63,146 nt of DNA. Origin: Chiloscyllium plagiosum (lineage: Eukaryota). The position numbers were made by a program, and so were the translations under genes. The notes beneath the pieces were generated by a model. That model was not told where the DNA came from. It saw only the letters and a list, made by a program, of their open reading frames with translations, and did not search any database. Numbering within the stretch: position 1 is the first letter of the stretch; each line of letters opens with the position of its first letter. Below, one piece after another: positions 38,251 to 50,294 of this stretch. The stretch lies in NCBI RefSeq assembly GCF_004010195.1, contig NC_057749.1:11715880-11779025 (forward strand), given 5' to 3'.

Positions 38251-38982
38251 AAAGACCGGAGGGAGTTTTACACTGCCTCCCTTTAAATAGCTGACACTGA
38301 AGGTCAACCCTGTTGCACGTGTTGCCCTTCTAAATGTTAACGAGGATGGATGCATATTTTAGAAGTTATGTTCCAAAGTATATAAATGCTTATGAGATGT
38401 TTTAACATCTGCTTTTATTTCAATAAACTACAAATTTCACCAAATGGGGAAACTGTCTATTCTCCCTGAAATCTATTCCTAACCCTTTTATATCTAAAAT
38501 AAATCATTACAAACAGATGTGAACGTACTTCAGTAAATTTAAATACATCCCAAGTATTATCCTGGAACTCTCAGGGGCGTTTATCAGTGTGTTTTGCCCT
38601 TCAGTTAACTATTTGTAGTGCAGTGTCCTGTCCTCTAAACTCCATCACAGATACTGAATAGCTACCTCTCTATCTCTCATCACTGCCATGACAACAATGC
38701 CTGTTCCTGTTCCTGATGCCTATTCAGTGTTCCCTGCAACGCGGGGAGAGATGAGTGAAATGCAGCATTTCATCCCTCTTCAATCGAATAGCTGGCCAAC
38801 AGCATCTCACTTCATAATGAACTAATGGTTATTTGGGAGTGGTACTAGACATTGAAGGTCAAGGGGCAGCTGCTTGGGAATTCCAGAATAAATCAGAAGC
38901 TATGGAAGATGAATGGGTAGAACAAGGAAGGGAAGAATGGATTTTTAGCCTTTGAGAAAGTTTTGATTGTGGGAATGTGTAC

Positions 38983-39855
38983 CTGCTCAGGATTCCATTG
39001 CTGGTGTTCCTCAGGGGCTGTCAGCTCAGGCTTTTCCTCACTACTTTTCTCATTGCTGGGTGATGCCTGGCAGAGTCTTGGCCGAGTCTCCCGTCCACTA
39101 TGGCAGCTGGTCAGGTTTCTGTCCAAATTCCCCTTCACAGTCACCTCCAAACTCTGCTCTCCAACACTGTTCAAGCTGCTCATACTCATACTCATTTTGA
39201 TTTCAGCTACGATTTGATCAATATCTTCCTCCACATCCTCTGTGTCCACTTCCAATTTGCTGCTGTGGTGCTGCAATGTCTGAGGACACTGGGCAATGTG
39301 CTCAGAGTGAGAATATTCACGTGAGGTTCCTTCATTGCTGCCACTTCCTTCACTGTTCCTTTCTGCCTGGGCAACCGTACAATCCAATTCCTCAAGGTGA
39401 CTAGCCCTGTCACAACCAGAGTGTTTAGATTCTTCAGTCATAGCTTGACAGAGTCTGTTAGATTGTGCCCAGGACTCTTCTGTGGCTTCCTGGCAATCAT
39501 CAGTCTCTGCTGCAGTAATAGTTTGAGTTCCATAGCCCCCTCCAGTGCACCCCAGGTCTTCCAGATAACTGTCTTCTTCAGGACAGTATCTGATATAATA
39601 AGTCACCCCTTCCTCCTCCTCCTCAGGCAGGCCTTCATCATAATCCTCCTCTTCCTCAGACGTATTATTTATATAGTCAGAGCTTGAATCACCATCCCCT
39701 GGGTTGTCATGGAGATCGATATCCAAAGGAACAGGATGAGCTTCCTTACCATTCTCCTGCCAATCTTCAGATGTTTGATGCTTGGGTTCTGTTTGGCAGT
39801 GAGAGGGAGTGGAACAAGGATGCAATGAAGGCTCCTCCAACTTGTCTGCCATCAT
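38983..39855 (-). CDS. APBA2: APBA2 first coding exon (291 codons, acidic N-terminus/Munc18-binding region); exon extends to acceptor at 39944
   Basis: DGDSSSDYINNTSEEEEDYDEGLPEE..TYYIRYCPEEDSYLE and EEDIDQIVAEIKMSMSM; donor CAG|gtacac; ATG at 39855. Confidence 0.93.
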
Positions 39856-40204
39856 CACCAGCTCCAGCCGGTTACAGTCACCAGCCCTTCAGCCGGTTAC
39901 AGTCACCAGCCCTTCACATTCCAGTCCTGGCTCAGAGACTTAATCTGCAGCAAGAGAAAACCATCAGTGAAAAAGAATAACAAAAATCCTTTAATTCAGT
40001 AAACATGCAATAAATAGGGATCCACATGGAAGAGAAACATTAGCAATGCTTAGAATGCAGGCCTGTTTGAGCCCTTTAGAAAGAAAACAATGGTCATTAT
40101 CAGGACTTCCACTGTTGACATTCATTGTCACTAGTCAATAGCCTTCATCAGCAACCATCTCAATACATTTTTGTTCATTAATAATGCTAACTCCCTTGTG
40201 TACT

Positions 40205-40440
40205 TCAGATTCTGACTCTCACTGGGGTATGAGTCCCACAGTGGCTCTCACTGGGGTACTGGTCCCACAGACACTGACTCTCACTGGGGTAGGGGTCCCA
40301 CAAACACCAACTCTCACTGGGTTATGGATCCCACACACACTGACTCTCACTTGGGTATGGGTCCCATACTAATGACTCAGTGGACTATGGGTCCCACACA
40401 TACTGACTTTAACTGGAGTATGGATCCCACACACAGCAGC
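40205..40440 (+). repeat. ~32-bp minisatellite (CCCACACACACTGACTCTCACTGGGGTATGGGT)
   Basis: About seven tandem degenerate units. Confidence 0.85.
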
Positions 40441-40878
40441 GGTTCACTGGACAGTCTGATTGTTGAATCATGACCAATGCCTCCTCAGAGCCACTGAGAC
40501 TTTCTGAAGTGCTCCCATTGTTGTTATGTTCAAGGATAATAAACACAAAATAATATTTCTCCTGAAAACACTGTCCTTGAATCTGAATTTGAAGGAAATA
40601 ATTCCTAAGGCTCCACATCAAATAATGCTGCAATTAGAACTGAAGACATGGGGCTGAATGCTATTTTCAGCTTTGTCCTTGGTCCTCAGTCAAATCTGTT
40701 TCTGCCACCTTAATGCCCTCGGTCTAACAGAGCCAGGATCTATTTGGTGCAGGCTCTAATTCAATTCTCTCTTTCTCAACATTTTTTTTTTTGATTGTTG
40801 TTACAATTTTGCTTTTCTGTGTAAGTTCCACCCTTGGATCACTTTCTCTCCTTCTATTTCTTTCATGAACAGTCTAAG

Positions 40879-41230
40879 CAGCACAGTGACTCAGTGGTTA
40901 GTACTGCTGCCTCACAGTGCCAGGGACGCGGGTTTAATTCCACCCTTGGGTGACTGTCTTTGTGGAGTTTGCACAATCTCCCCGTGTCTGGGTGGGTTTC
41001 CTCCGGGTGCTCCGTTTTCCTCCTACAGTCACAAAGACGTGCAGGGTAGATGGATTGGCCACGGGAATTTGCCCATAATGTCCAGGCTCAGTGTATTAGC
41101 CACGGGAAATGCAGGGTCACAGGGATAGGTTAGGGGAGTGGGTCTGTACGGGATGATTTTCTGAGAGTCAGTGTGAGTTCGATGAGCCGAATGGCCTGCT
41201 TCCACGCTGTACAGATTCTATGATTCTATC
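40879..41230 (+). mobile_element. HE1-like V-SINE
   Basis: tRNA head plus V-domain. Confidence 0.88.
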
Positions 41231-41404
41231 TCTGGGTTGTTGGGTTATACAATGTTTTTTCTCCATGAGGCTTATGTGCAGGCTGCACTCCCATTATAAT
41301 CACTTAGCAACCACCTTACATTTGATTCTCATATCACCCAGAGTTTTTTATTCAAAGCTCATTGCAGCCTTGGTTCAAACATAGAGAAAAGAGCTGAATT
41401 CTAG

Positions 41405-42520
41405 AGGTGAAGTGAGAGTGACAATCCTCTATATCAAGGCTTCATTCAATCATGTGAGATATCAAGGCACCATAGCAAAACTGGAATCATTGATACTGGG
41501 GACATACTCTCCACTGGTTGGAGTCATACCTGGAATATAGGAAGATGGATGTAGTTGTTGAGGTCAGTCACCTCAGTTTCAGGATATCTGTGCAGGAGTT
41601 CCTCAGGGTAGCATCCTAGGCTGATGACTACCCCTCCATCATAAGGTCAGAAGTGGAGATGTTCGCTGATCTTTACATAATGTTCAGCACGTTCACAACT
41701 CCTTAAACACTGAAGGACTGCATGTTCAAATACAACAAAATCTGAACAATTCCCAAGCTTGGGCTGATCAGTGGCAAGTAACATTCATGCCACACAAATA
41801 CCGGACTATGACCATCACCAATAACAGACAATCTAACCACTGTCCCTAACATTCAATAGTGTTACTATCACTGAATCTCACAGTATTAACATCCTTGGGA
41901 ATCACCATCAATCAGAAACTCTATTGGACTCGCTACATAAATGCAGTGGCTACAAAAGCAGGTATGAAGCTCGGAATATGCGACAAGTAACTTACCTACT
42001 GACTCCCCAAAGCCTGCCCATCATTTACAAGACACAAGTCAGGAAGGTGATGGAATAATTCCCATTTGCCTGAATACATGCGGCTCTAACAATACTCAAG
42101 AAGCTCAACACCATCCAGGATAAAGCATTCTGTTTGATTGGCACCAGATCCACAAACATCCACGCTCTCCACCACCGACACTCAGTAGCAGTGGTGTATA
42201 CTATCTACAAAATGCACTGTAGAAATTCACCAAAGATCTTCAAACAGCACCTTCTAAACCCACAAACACTTCTATCTAGAAGGTCAAGAGCAGCAGATAG
42301 ATGGGAATGCTATTACCTGCAAGTTTCCCTCCAAGCCACTCACCAACCTGACTTAGAAATATATCACTGGGTCAAAATCCTGGTATTCCCTCCCTAAGGG
42401 CATTGTAGGTCAACCCAAAACAGGTGGGCTGCAGTGGTTCAAGAATGCAATGCACCACCAAGGGCAACTATGGACAGGCAATAAATGCTAGCCATTCATC
42501 ACACAAATGAATAAAAAAAA
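41405..42520 (+). mobile_element. CR1-clade LINE, second family, 3' part
   Basis: Colinear with 16335-17460; ends AAATGAATAAAAAAAA. Confidence 0.8.
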
Positions 42521-42889
42521 CTATCAGCAAGTTTTAAATTTCTTTTCAATGGGACTTCAACATTGCTGCTGTCCCAATATTGATTGTTCATCCCTAATTA
42601 CCCCAAAGAAAGAAATGTTGAGCTGTCTTGAGTTACTGCGGCCCTTATGGTATAAACAGACCCATATCCTTCCTATAATGTGGTGATCAGCACTAGGCAT
42701 CATACTTCCATTGTGAACACACCAGAGCATTATAAAAGTTCAACATAACTGTGTTTACATTCAATGACTTTACTTACAAAGCCAAAGATCCAATATGCTT
42801 TAAGCATTGTTATCAAGATTGATACACATGAGACCCCAGTCACGGTGTCCATGTATCTATCTTCAGAACTGAGCCTTTATTTCTAGATT

Positions 42890-43520
42890 ATGGTGATATA
42901 TTTCCAAGTCAGGATAGTGACTGACTTGGAGGGGATCTCACAGCAGGTGATATCCCCATGTATCTGTTTTTTTGTCTTTCTAGGTGACATTGGTCAGAAA
43001 TTTGGAAGTTGCTGTTTAAAGAATCTTGGTGAATTTCTGCACCGCATCTTATAAAAGGTACAGCAATGGTGATGCCATTGAATATCAATGGAAGATTTTC
43101 AGATTCTCTCTTGTTGGAGACCATCATTGCCTGGCATTTGTGAAGCTTGAATGTTACTTGCCACTTGTCAGCCCAAGCCTGGATATTGTCCAGGTCTGGC
43201 TGCATTTAGACAAAGACTGCTTCAGTATCTGAGGAATCATGAATGTGCTGAACATTGCGCAATGATCAGCAAACATCATCACTTCTGAACTTATGATAGA
43301 GGGAAGATTATTGTTGAAGCAGCTGAAAATGATTGGCCTATAAACTACCCTGAGGAACTCCTGCAGAGATGATTTGGAGCTGAGATGACTGACACCCAAA
43401 AACTACAACCATCTTCCTGTGTACCAGGTATGACTCCAACCAGCAGACAGTTTCCTCCTGATTTCCATTGACTCCAGTTTTGCTAGGGCTCCTTGATTTC
43501 ACGCTAGTTCGATTGCTGCC
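42890..43520 (-). mobile_element. CR1-clade LINE, second family fragment, inverted relative to neighbour
   Basis: MMFADHCAMF, QPDLDNIQAWADKWQVTF. Confidence 0.78.
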
Positions 43521-43799
43521 CAGCCTCAGCCCAGCATCCCTGACCTCATTTGGTCCAGCATCATTGTCCTCTCCCCTAGATTGTCACAAGTGGACTTATT
43601 TCAGGGTACCTTGAGAGTCTCAATAATCAGTCATATCAGTGAGAGAAATACTAAAATCTGGAAAAAAACAATAATTGTCAAAAGCTGAGGGTGTGGCTAA
43701 AATTGGAATAGGGTCTTGACACTCGTGGGTGTCAGAAAATAGCAGGGAGGCAGCTCAGGACAGGAAGAGAAATATAAAAGTAAAAATATAATTTACCAA

Positions 43800-44245
43800 C
43801 ATTGGTTGAGGAATATATGACTGCGGACACTGGGGAGAACTCTCGTGCCCTTCACCAAATAGTGTCATGAAATAGTTTACACCTGTCTAAGAGGGCAAGC
43901 AGGATAACATCTTACTCCTTCAGTGCTGGCCTATACTGCACCTAATTTGTACATGGCCACACAGCAGTTCAGGGGGTCCTCGCATATTGCCACACATAAA
44001 CCTTGGAGGTCTGTTCAGTGGCAGGAACAATTAAATGGAACATAGGTACATAGGTTCCAGCAATGCAGAGCTCCCCTAGTACTGACTCTGCAATGGCGCA
44101 GCAAATTCCTCAGCACAAACCCTCCAACAGTGCAGTACTCCCTCAGTCCTGAACTTCTGACAGTACAGTGCTTCCTCAATAATGACCTTATGCTCTGTGG
44201 CACTCACTTGTTACTGCGCTGGAGTGATTGTCTGGATTTTGTACA
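43800..44245 (-). mobile_element. Degenerate DeuSINE-like SINE with ~33-bp array (44080-44220)
   Basis: GGACACTGGGGAGAACTC is the reverse complement of Deu GAGTTCTCCCCAGTGTCC; repeated CAGTGCAGTACTCCCTCAGT. Confidence 0.55.
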
Positions 44246-45321
44246 AGAACATCGAGGGATAATTAATGCTGCTCTGTTTTATGGTGAGAGCTGAGGGGTG
44301 AGGATTCTGTACAATTCTTAGTGCTCTAAATAATTACTCTACAACCTCGCTGGTCACTATGGAAACAGAATCATGGCACTGATCTGGCTCTTGCCAAGGC
44401 ATGTAGTGAAGCTCCTCATTGAGTCTCACATTGCCTCCATTCTCAGCCTGTCTTATAGCTGCAATTGCTCAGACAGTAGACTGACAGAGCTCTCAAATGC
44501 AGTCTAATCATAGACTATGAGAGTGTCCAACTATCCCCCTGTGACTAAGATCACTGCTGTTCTGTGTAGAAGGATAATCAAAGCACAATACCTGCCATTG
44601 CGAGTTCCATCAACCCTGTTCACTCACGCACAAACAATATCACATCCTAAAATATCTATCACCACATACTCTTCCCAAACAACTGTAACTCTGGAAATAG
44701 TATCCAAGAGATTAAGGTGCTGAAGAAAATGTTGGTCCTCAGTTGAAGGAAATTCTGAATAATTCAGCATCAACTCCCCGTAAATAACAGAAATTTCACG
44801 ACAACTGGCAGTCAGTAATATCTGCAGCTGGGTCCAAAAGGGAGCTGTGATAAATAATTCATGGCCCTCGCTCTCAAACACATTTCATGACAAGCAGTTG
44901 TAAGGATTTCATTGTCAGTCTATAAATGGGTTTATTTTAACATGCAGACACTGGAGAAACTGCACTTTTTTTCACTCGCATTCCTGAAACTAAGAAGCAA
45001 CACAATTGATACACCCCACTTCCCTCTTTTATCTGTAGCAGGTCAGCTATATATATCCAGCACATGCTGTTTCTGTTCACATTTCTTGCATTTTTGCCCT
45101 TTGTCTTAATTCCATTTTCAATATTACCTTGATGTTTATCAGGATGAAATGTACAACCCAGGCGATGCAAGGGGTCCAACCACAATACACACTGATGGAA
45201 TAACAGTCTCCCTGCAGTAACAAGCATGGAAAGGATGGGAAATGGGGTGGGATGAGAGAGAAAAATGGACAGGGAAAAGAAAGAACCTAAAAAAGGTCAA
45301 ATAGGCCTTGGTGTTCGTCCT

Positions 45322-45765
45322 GACTCAGTGGTTAGTACTCTTCACATTTGAGTCAGAAGCTTGTGGGTTCAAGTCCCACTTTAGGACTTGATCAGAAAAA
45401 AATAAAGCTGACACTCTGGTGCAGTGCTGAAGGGATATTACATTATCACAGGTGCCACCTTTCAGATAAGATGTTTAACTGAGGCATATCTACCTTCTCA
45501 GATAGATATAAAAAGGTCTCACAGAGAAAAAGCAGGGAGTTCTCCTTTGAGTCCTAGCCAATATTTATCCCTCAATCAATATCATAAAACAGATTATTTG
45601 ACTTTCATACTGTCATTTGTGAGAGATAGCTGTATGAAAGCAGACTGCTGATTTGCCTATATTACAACAGTGGCAACACTTTAGATTAGATTAGATTAGA
45701 TTAGATTACTTTAAAAATACTTCATTGCCTGTAAAGTGCTTTGGATGTCCTTTGGCTGTGAAAAT
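45322..45765 (+). mobile_element. SacSINE1/DeuSINE-like SINE, full length
   Basis: tRNA head (GGGTTCAAGTCCC), Deu-type GCCAATATTTATCCCTCAATCAA..CAGATTAT, tail ATTACAACAGTG..TACTTCATTGCCTGTAAAGTGCTTTGG. Confidence 0.8.
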
Positions 45766-46453
45766 TTCTGTGCTGCAATCCTTGATAAAAAAAGGTCTTA
45801 GCCGATAAAAGCTGCAGATCTGGGATAGGTCTCCATTAGACCATAAGACACAGGACTAGGATTAGGCCATTTGGCCACTGAGTCTGTTCCACCACTCAAT
45901 CATGTCTCTGCGCAGTGCAGTCTAACTCCATTTCTGTCTCTTCCTCCTATTTAGTCAGATGCCCTCTTGGTGATATACCTTGGGTGCTCCTGCCTTTGAA
46001 TCGAAAAAGATGCCCCATTCTTTGAGAGGGGAACATTGGTCTTGGAAATGTGGTTGCCACGTTTTTGGAAGACGGAAGTTAAGGAATGGGAGGGTCAAAA
46101 GCAAAGGCCAATTTCATTGTGAACAAACTTCAGGAGGTAAACATCATCCTGTTATTAATCCTGATTAAATACATTTCCTCTTTAACAGGCTCCACTCAGC
46201 CTTGCATGGAGATACAGTATTATCACAAAATGGAACAGAATTTTAAGCTTTATCCAGATTACTGGTTATAACTACCAGAGACATTTAGAGATGTGCAGAC
46301 ACCAGGCTGTGACAGCAATTATACCAGATTGGAAAAACAGTGAGTCAGAAAATTGCGAAACTGAATTTGGAGAGGCTAATCTTGCCACCATTCTGGATCA
46401 GTGGTGCTGGAAGAGCACAGCAATTCAGGCAGCATCCGAGGACAGGCAAAATC

Positions 46454-46481
46454 GACGTTTCGGGCAAAAGCCCTTCATCAG
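46454..46481 (-). ncRNA. Minimal hammerhead ribozyme core (sense to APBA2 direction)
   Basis: CTGATGA-A-GGGC-TTTT-GCCC-GAAAC-GTC. Confidence 0.75.
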
Positions 46482-46732
46482 GAATAAAGGCAGAGAGCCT
46501 GAAGCGTGGAGAGATAAGCTAGAGGAGGGTGGGAGAGAAGAGGAAAACTTCTTCAGGGCGGGAGTCCTGATTGTGAAAGTAAGCTTGGAGGCGGAGGCGA
46601 CGGAAGAATTGTTCGATGTCACGGCGTGTATATCTCCTTCCCCACTGACCTATTGTACTCTATGCTACTCTCTCCCCACCCCCCCCCTCCTCTAGCTTAT
46701 CTCTCCACGCTTCAGGCTCTCTGCCTTTATTC

Positions 46733-46760
46733 CTGATGAAGGGCTTTTGCCCGAAACGTC
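46733..46760 (+). ncRNA. Minimal hammerhead ribozyme core
   Basis: CTGATGA-A-GGGC-TTTT-GCCC-GAAAC-GTC. Confidence 0.75.
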
Positions 46761-47169
46761 GATTTTGCCTGTCCTCGGATGCTGCCTGAATTGCTGTGCT
46801 CTTCCAGCACCACTGATCCAGAATCTGGTTTCCAGCATCTGCAGTCATTGTTTTTACCTCGTTAATCTTGCCACCAGCTTCATCTCTCTTAGGTTTCCAA
46901 TTTCTGCTCCAAGCTTCTTTGCCATTTTCTTAATGCTATTGTCTTCAGCAATCCTCTGAACTGTTTTCTTAATGATCCCTATTATTCTGCTTTAAATGGT
47001 GAGCTTCTCAACATCTCCACATTTCTCTTGTATGTACAAGCTACTGGTAGTAAACACAGGCATGGCGTTATCTTTCACTATGCCCGAGTCAGTTTTTTTG
47101 CATCTACTTTTTAATCTTAGTGTTGTTCTATACGCGAAGCGCTAACCCTTCAACTGGGTGATTCATTAA

Positions 47170-48555
47170 TAGAACACAGAACAGTACAGCACAGTACAGG
47201 CCCTTCGGTACTTTATATTGTACCGATCTTTTATCCTACTCTAAGATCAAACTAACCTACATACCCTTCATTTTACTGTCATCCATGTGCCTATCCAAGA
47301 GTCGCTTAAATGTTCCTAATGTATCTGACTGTACACAGAGTGATGGGTGTGTGGAATGCACTACCAGAGGTTGTAGTAAAGAACCAATGTCTGACATCAT
47401 CCCTAAACCTTCCTCCAATCACCTTAAAATTATGCCCCCTTGTGATAGCCATTTCTGCCCTGGGAAAAAGTCTCTGACTCTTCACTCTCCTGTCAACTTC
47501 TTGTACACCTCTATCAAGTCACCTTGCATCCTTCTTCATTCCAATGAGAAAAGCCTTAGCTCCCTCAAACTTTCTTCATCAGACGTGCGCTCCAGTTCAG
47601 GCAGCATCCTGGTAAATCTCCTCTGCACCCTCTCTAAAGCTTCCATATCCTGTGGTGACTAGAACTGAACACAATATTCCAAGTGTGGTCTAACCAGGGC
47701 TCATTAGAGCTGCAGAATAAACTTGTAGCACTTAAACTCAATCCCCCTGCTCATGAAAGCCAACACACCATACGCCTTCTTAACAATCCTATCAAGAGAG
47801 ATCTATGAACATGGACCCCAGGATCCCTCTGTTCCTCCACATTGCCAAGAATCCTGCCTTTAACCCTGTATTCTGCATTCAAATTTGACCTTCTAAAATG
47901 AATCACTTCACGCTTTTCCAGGTTGATCTCCACCTGCCACTTATCAACCCAGTTCTCCATCCTGTCAATATCCCATCGCAACTTACAACAGCCCTCTCCA
48001 CACTATTCACAACTCCATCAACCTTCATGTCATCAGCAAACTCACTAGCCCACTCTTCCACTTCCTCATCCAAGTCATTTATAAAAATCACAAATAGCAG
48101 AGATCCCAGAACAGATCCCTGCGGAACACCACTGGTCACCGAGCTCCAGGCTGAAAACTGTCCATCTCTTCCCACCCTATGTTTTCTGGGGCCAGCCAAT
48201 TTTGAATCTGGACAGCCAAATTATCCTGTATCCCATGCCTCCTTAATTTCTGAATGAGCCTACCATGTGGAACCTTCTCAAACGCTTTGATAAAATCCAT
48301 GTACACTACATCCACTGCTCTACCTTCATGAATGTGTTTTGTCACATCCTCAAAGAATTCAATAAGGCTTGTGAGACATGACCTGCTCCTCACAAAGCCG
48401 TGCTGACTATCTCTAATCAAACGACGGTTTTCCAAGTAGTCATAAATCTTGTCTCTCAGAATCTTTTCCAATAATTTTCCCACCACACACATAAAGCTGA
48501 CTTGTTTGTAATTCCCAGGATTACCCCTATTCCCTTTCTTGAATAAAGGAATAAC
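47170..48555 (-). mobile_element. CR1 LINE RT and 3' end
   Basis: PGNYKQVSF, DSQHGFVRSRSCLT, GVPQGSVLG, EFADD. Confidence 0.9.
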
Positions 48556-48809
48556 ATAATAATGACAAAGAAATAAAAATAAACCAGCTAATCTCTCAAG
48601 CCTGTTCCACCATTTAATTAGATAATGGCTGAGAGCTACCTTCACCCTTTTGACAAGTACTGATTTCAAAACCAATAAAAATCTGTCTGTTTTGAAAGCT
48701 CCAACTGAAGCTCAGCTTGAGAGGCTACGGATCTGAAACCTTAACTCTATTTCTCTCTCCACAGAGATCAGTACTACATTTCCAACATTTCCAGATTCAA
48801 AATATTAAC

Positions 48810-49350
48810 AATATAAGACTTATGAGCTGAAGTAAGCCATTCAGCTCCATCAAGTCTGCTCTACCATTCAATGAGATCATGGTTGATCTGAAAATGCTCA
48901 ACTCCACTTTCCTGCCTTTTTCCCCCATAACCCATTGATTCCTTGAATATACTTAACAACTCAGCCTCGACAGCCCTCTGCATAAAGAATTCCACAGATT
49001 CACTACCCTCCTGTTGAAGAAATTCTTTCTCATCTCTGTCTTATGTGGGTGACCTTTACTGAGATTATGCCCACTGGTCCTAGGCTTTCCCACAAGGGAA
49101 AACAATCTCTCCATACTCCAATGAATACAAGCCCAACCTACCCAACCTCTCATCATAAGAAAATCCCTCCGTGCTTGGACATTCTCTGAACTTCCTCCAA
49201 TATCAGTATATATTTCCTTAGATGAGGGAATCAAAATTGTTCATGCTATTCGAGGTGTGGTCTGACTAGTGTCTTGAATTAGTTTAGTAAGACCTTCTTG
49301 TTTTTATCCTCTATACCATTTGAAATAAAGGCAAATATATTTTTTGCTTT
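48810..49350 (-). mobile_element. CR1 3' end fragment
   Basis: EMRKNFFNRRVVNLWNSL. Confidence 0.75.
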
Positions 49351-50294
49351 TCCTTTCTTTTTACTTATTCATAAATTGTGCCCATCAAATGCAGCACAAG
49401 CCCTTGCCTAGTTTTTCTTAAGAAGGTGGTGGTGAGTTATCTTCTTGAACTGTTGCAATCCATTTGGTATAGGGACACCCACAGAGCAAATCAGATGTGA
49501 GTCACTCGGAGGGGAACTTGCAGGATATGGTATCCGATGCTCTTGTCCTTCTAAATAGAAATGGCTGTGGGTTTAGAAGATTCTGTCCAAGGAGGTTTGG
49601 TGAACTTTTGCAGAATATCTTACAGATGGTACACACTACTGCTACTGAGTGCCACTGGTGGAGTTGAATGAATTAATGATTTTCTTTCTCACGTGTATTT
49701 TGCAGTGAGAAATACAATAAAATACAGTAAAATACAGTAAATTTCATTCATTTCCACAATATGGCACCATTTTGAAACTTTAAGAGCAAGAGAAAAATTA
49801 GAAGGTTTAGCTTAAAGTGAACTACATTCGAGTTTTGGGCCAGTTTAGAACCACCACCACCTCACTAGACCCAAATAATGTAAAATTCACCAACATTTAT
49901 AGACATGGTGCCTGTCAAATGGTTTGATTTGTTCTGGATGGTATCAAGCAGCTTGAGCATGATTGATGCTACACTCATCCAAACAAATGGAGAATATTCA
50001 AACATACTACTGACTTGCATAGGCTTTGGGGAGTCAGGCAGTACTCTCTGCTGAAAGTGGATGCTTGCTTTTTGAAATTCATACACAAGGACCCAAATCC
50101 TTTTCTGCTGCAGTTTATACTATTTAAATAATATTCAGCTCCTTAATTTTTCAAAGTGCATAACCTCTCATTTCCCACATTATATTCTATCTGCCAAATT
50201 GTTGCCCACTCACTTGCCCACACCCCTTTGCAGATTCTTTGTGTTGTCCTCACCATTAGCCTTCTTACCTATTTTACTGTATTCTATTCACAGA

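Larger units (their letters stand above)
46391..46862. mobile_element. Young palindromic PLE-derived element: perfect 139-bp inverted repeats, 14-bp TSD
   Basis: Arms 46391-46529 / 46685-46823; perfect TSD TAATCTTGCCACCA (46377-46390 / 46863-46876). Confidence 0.92.

Noticed and set aside
38893..38982. ORF continuation VHIPTIK...FHSF as part of APBA2
   Set aside because: Read-through past the donor at 38982; homology resumes in the exon at 36730
46391..46823. DNA-transposon MITE or miRNA hairpin reading of the palindrome
   Set aside because: Arms are homologous to PLE terminal repeats elsewhere in the window, the repeat is not flush with the right end (39 extra bp), and the 14-bp TSD matches the PLE insertions here
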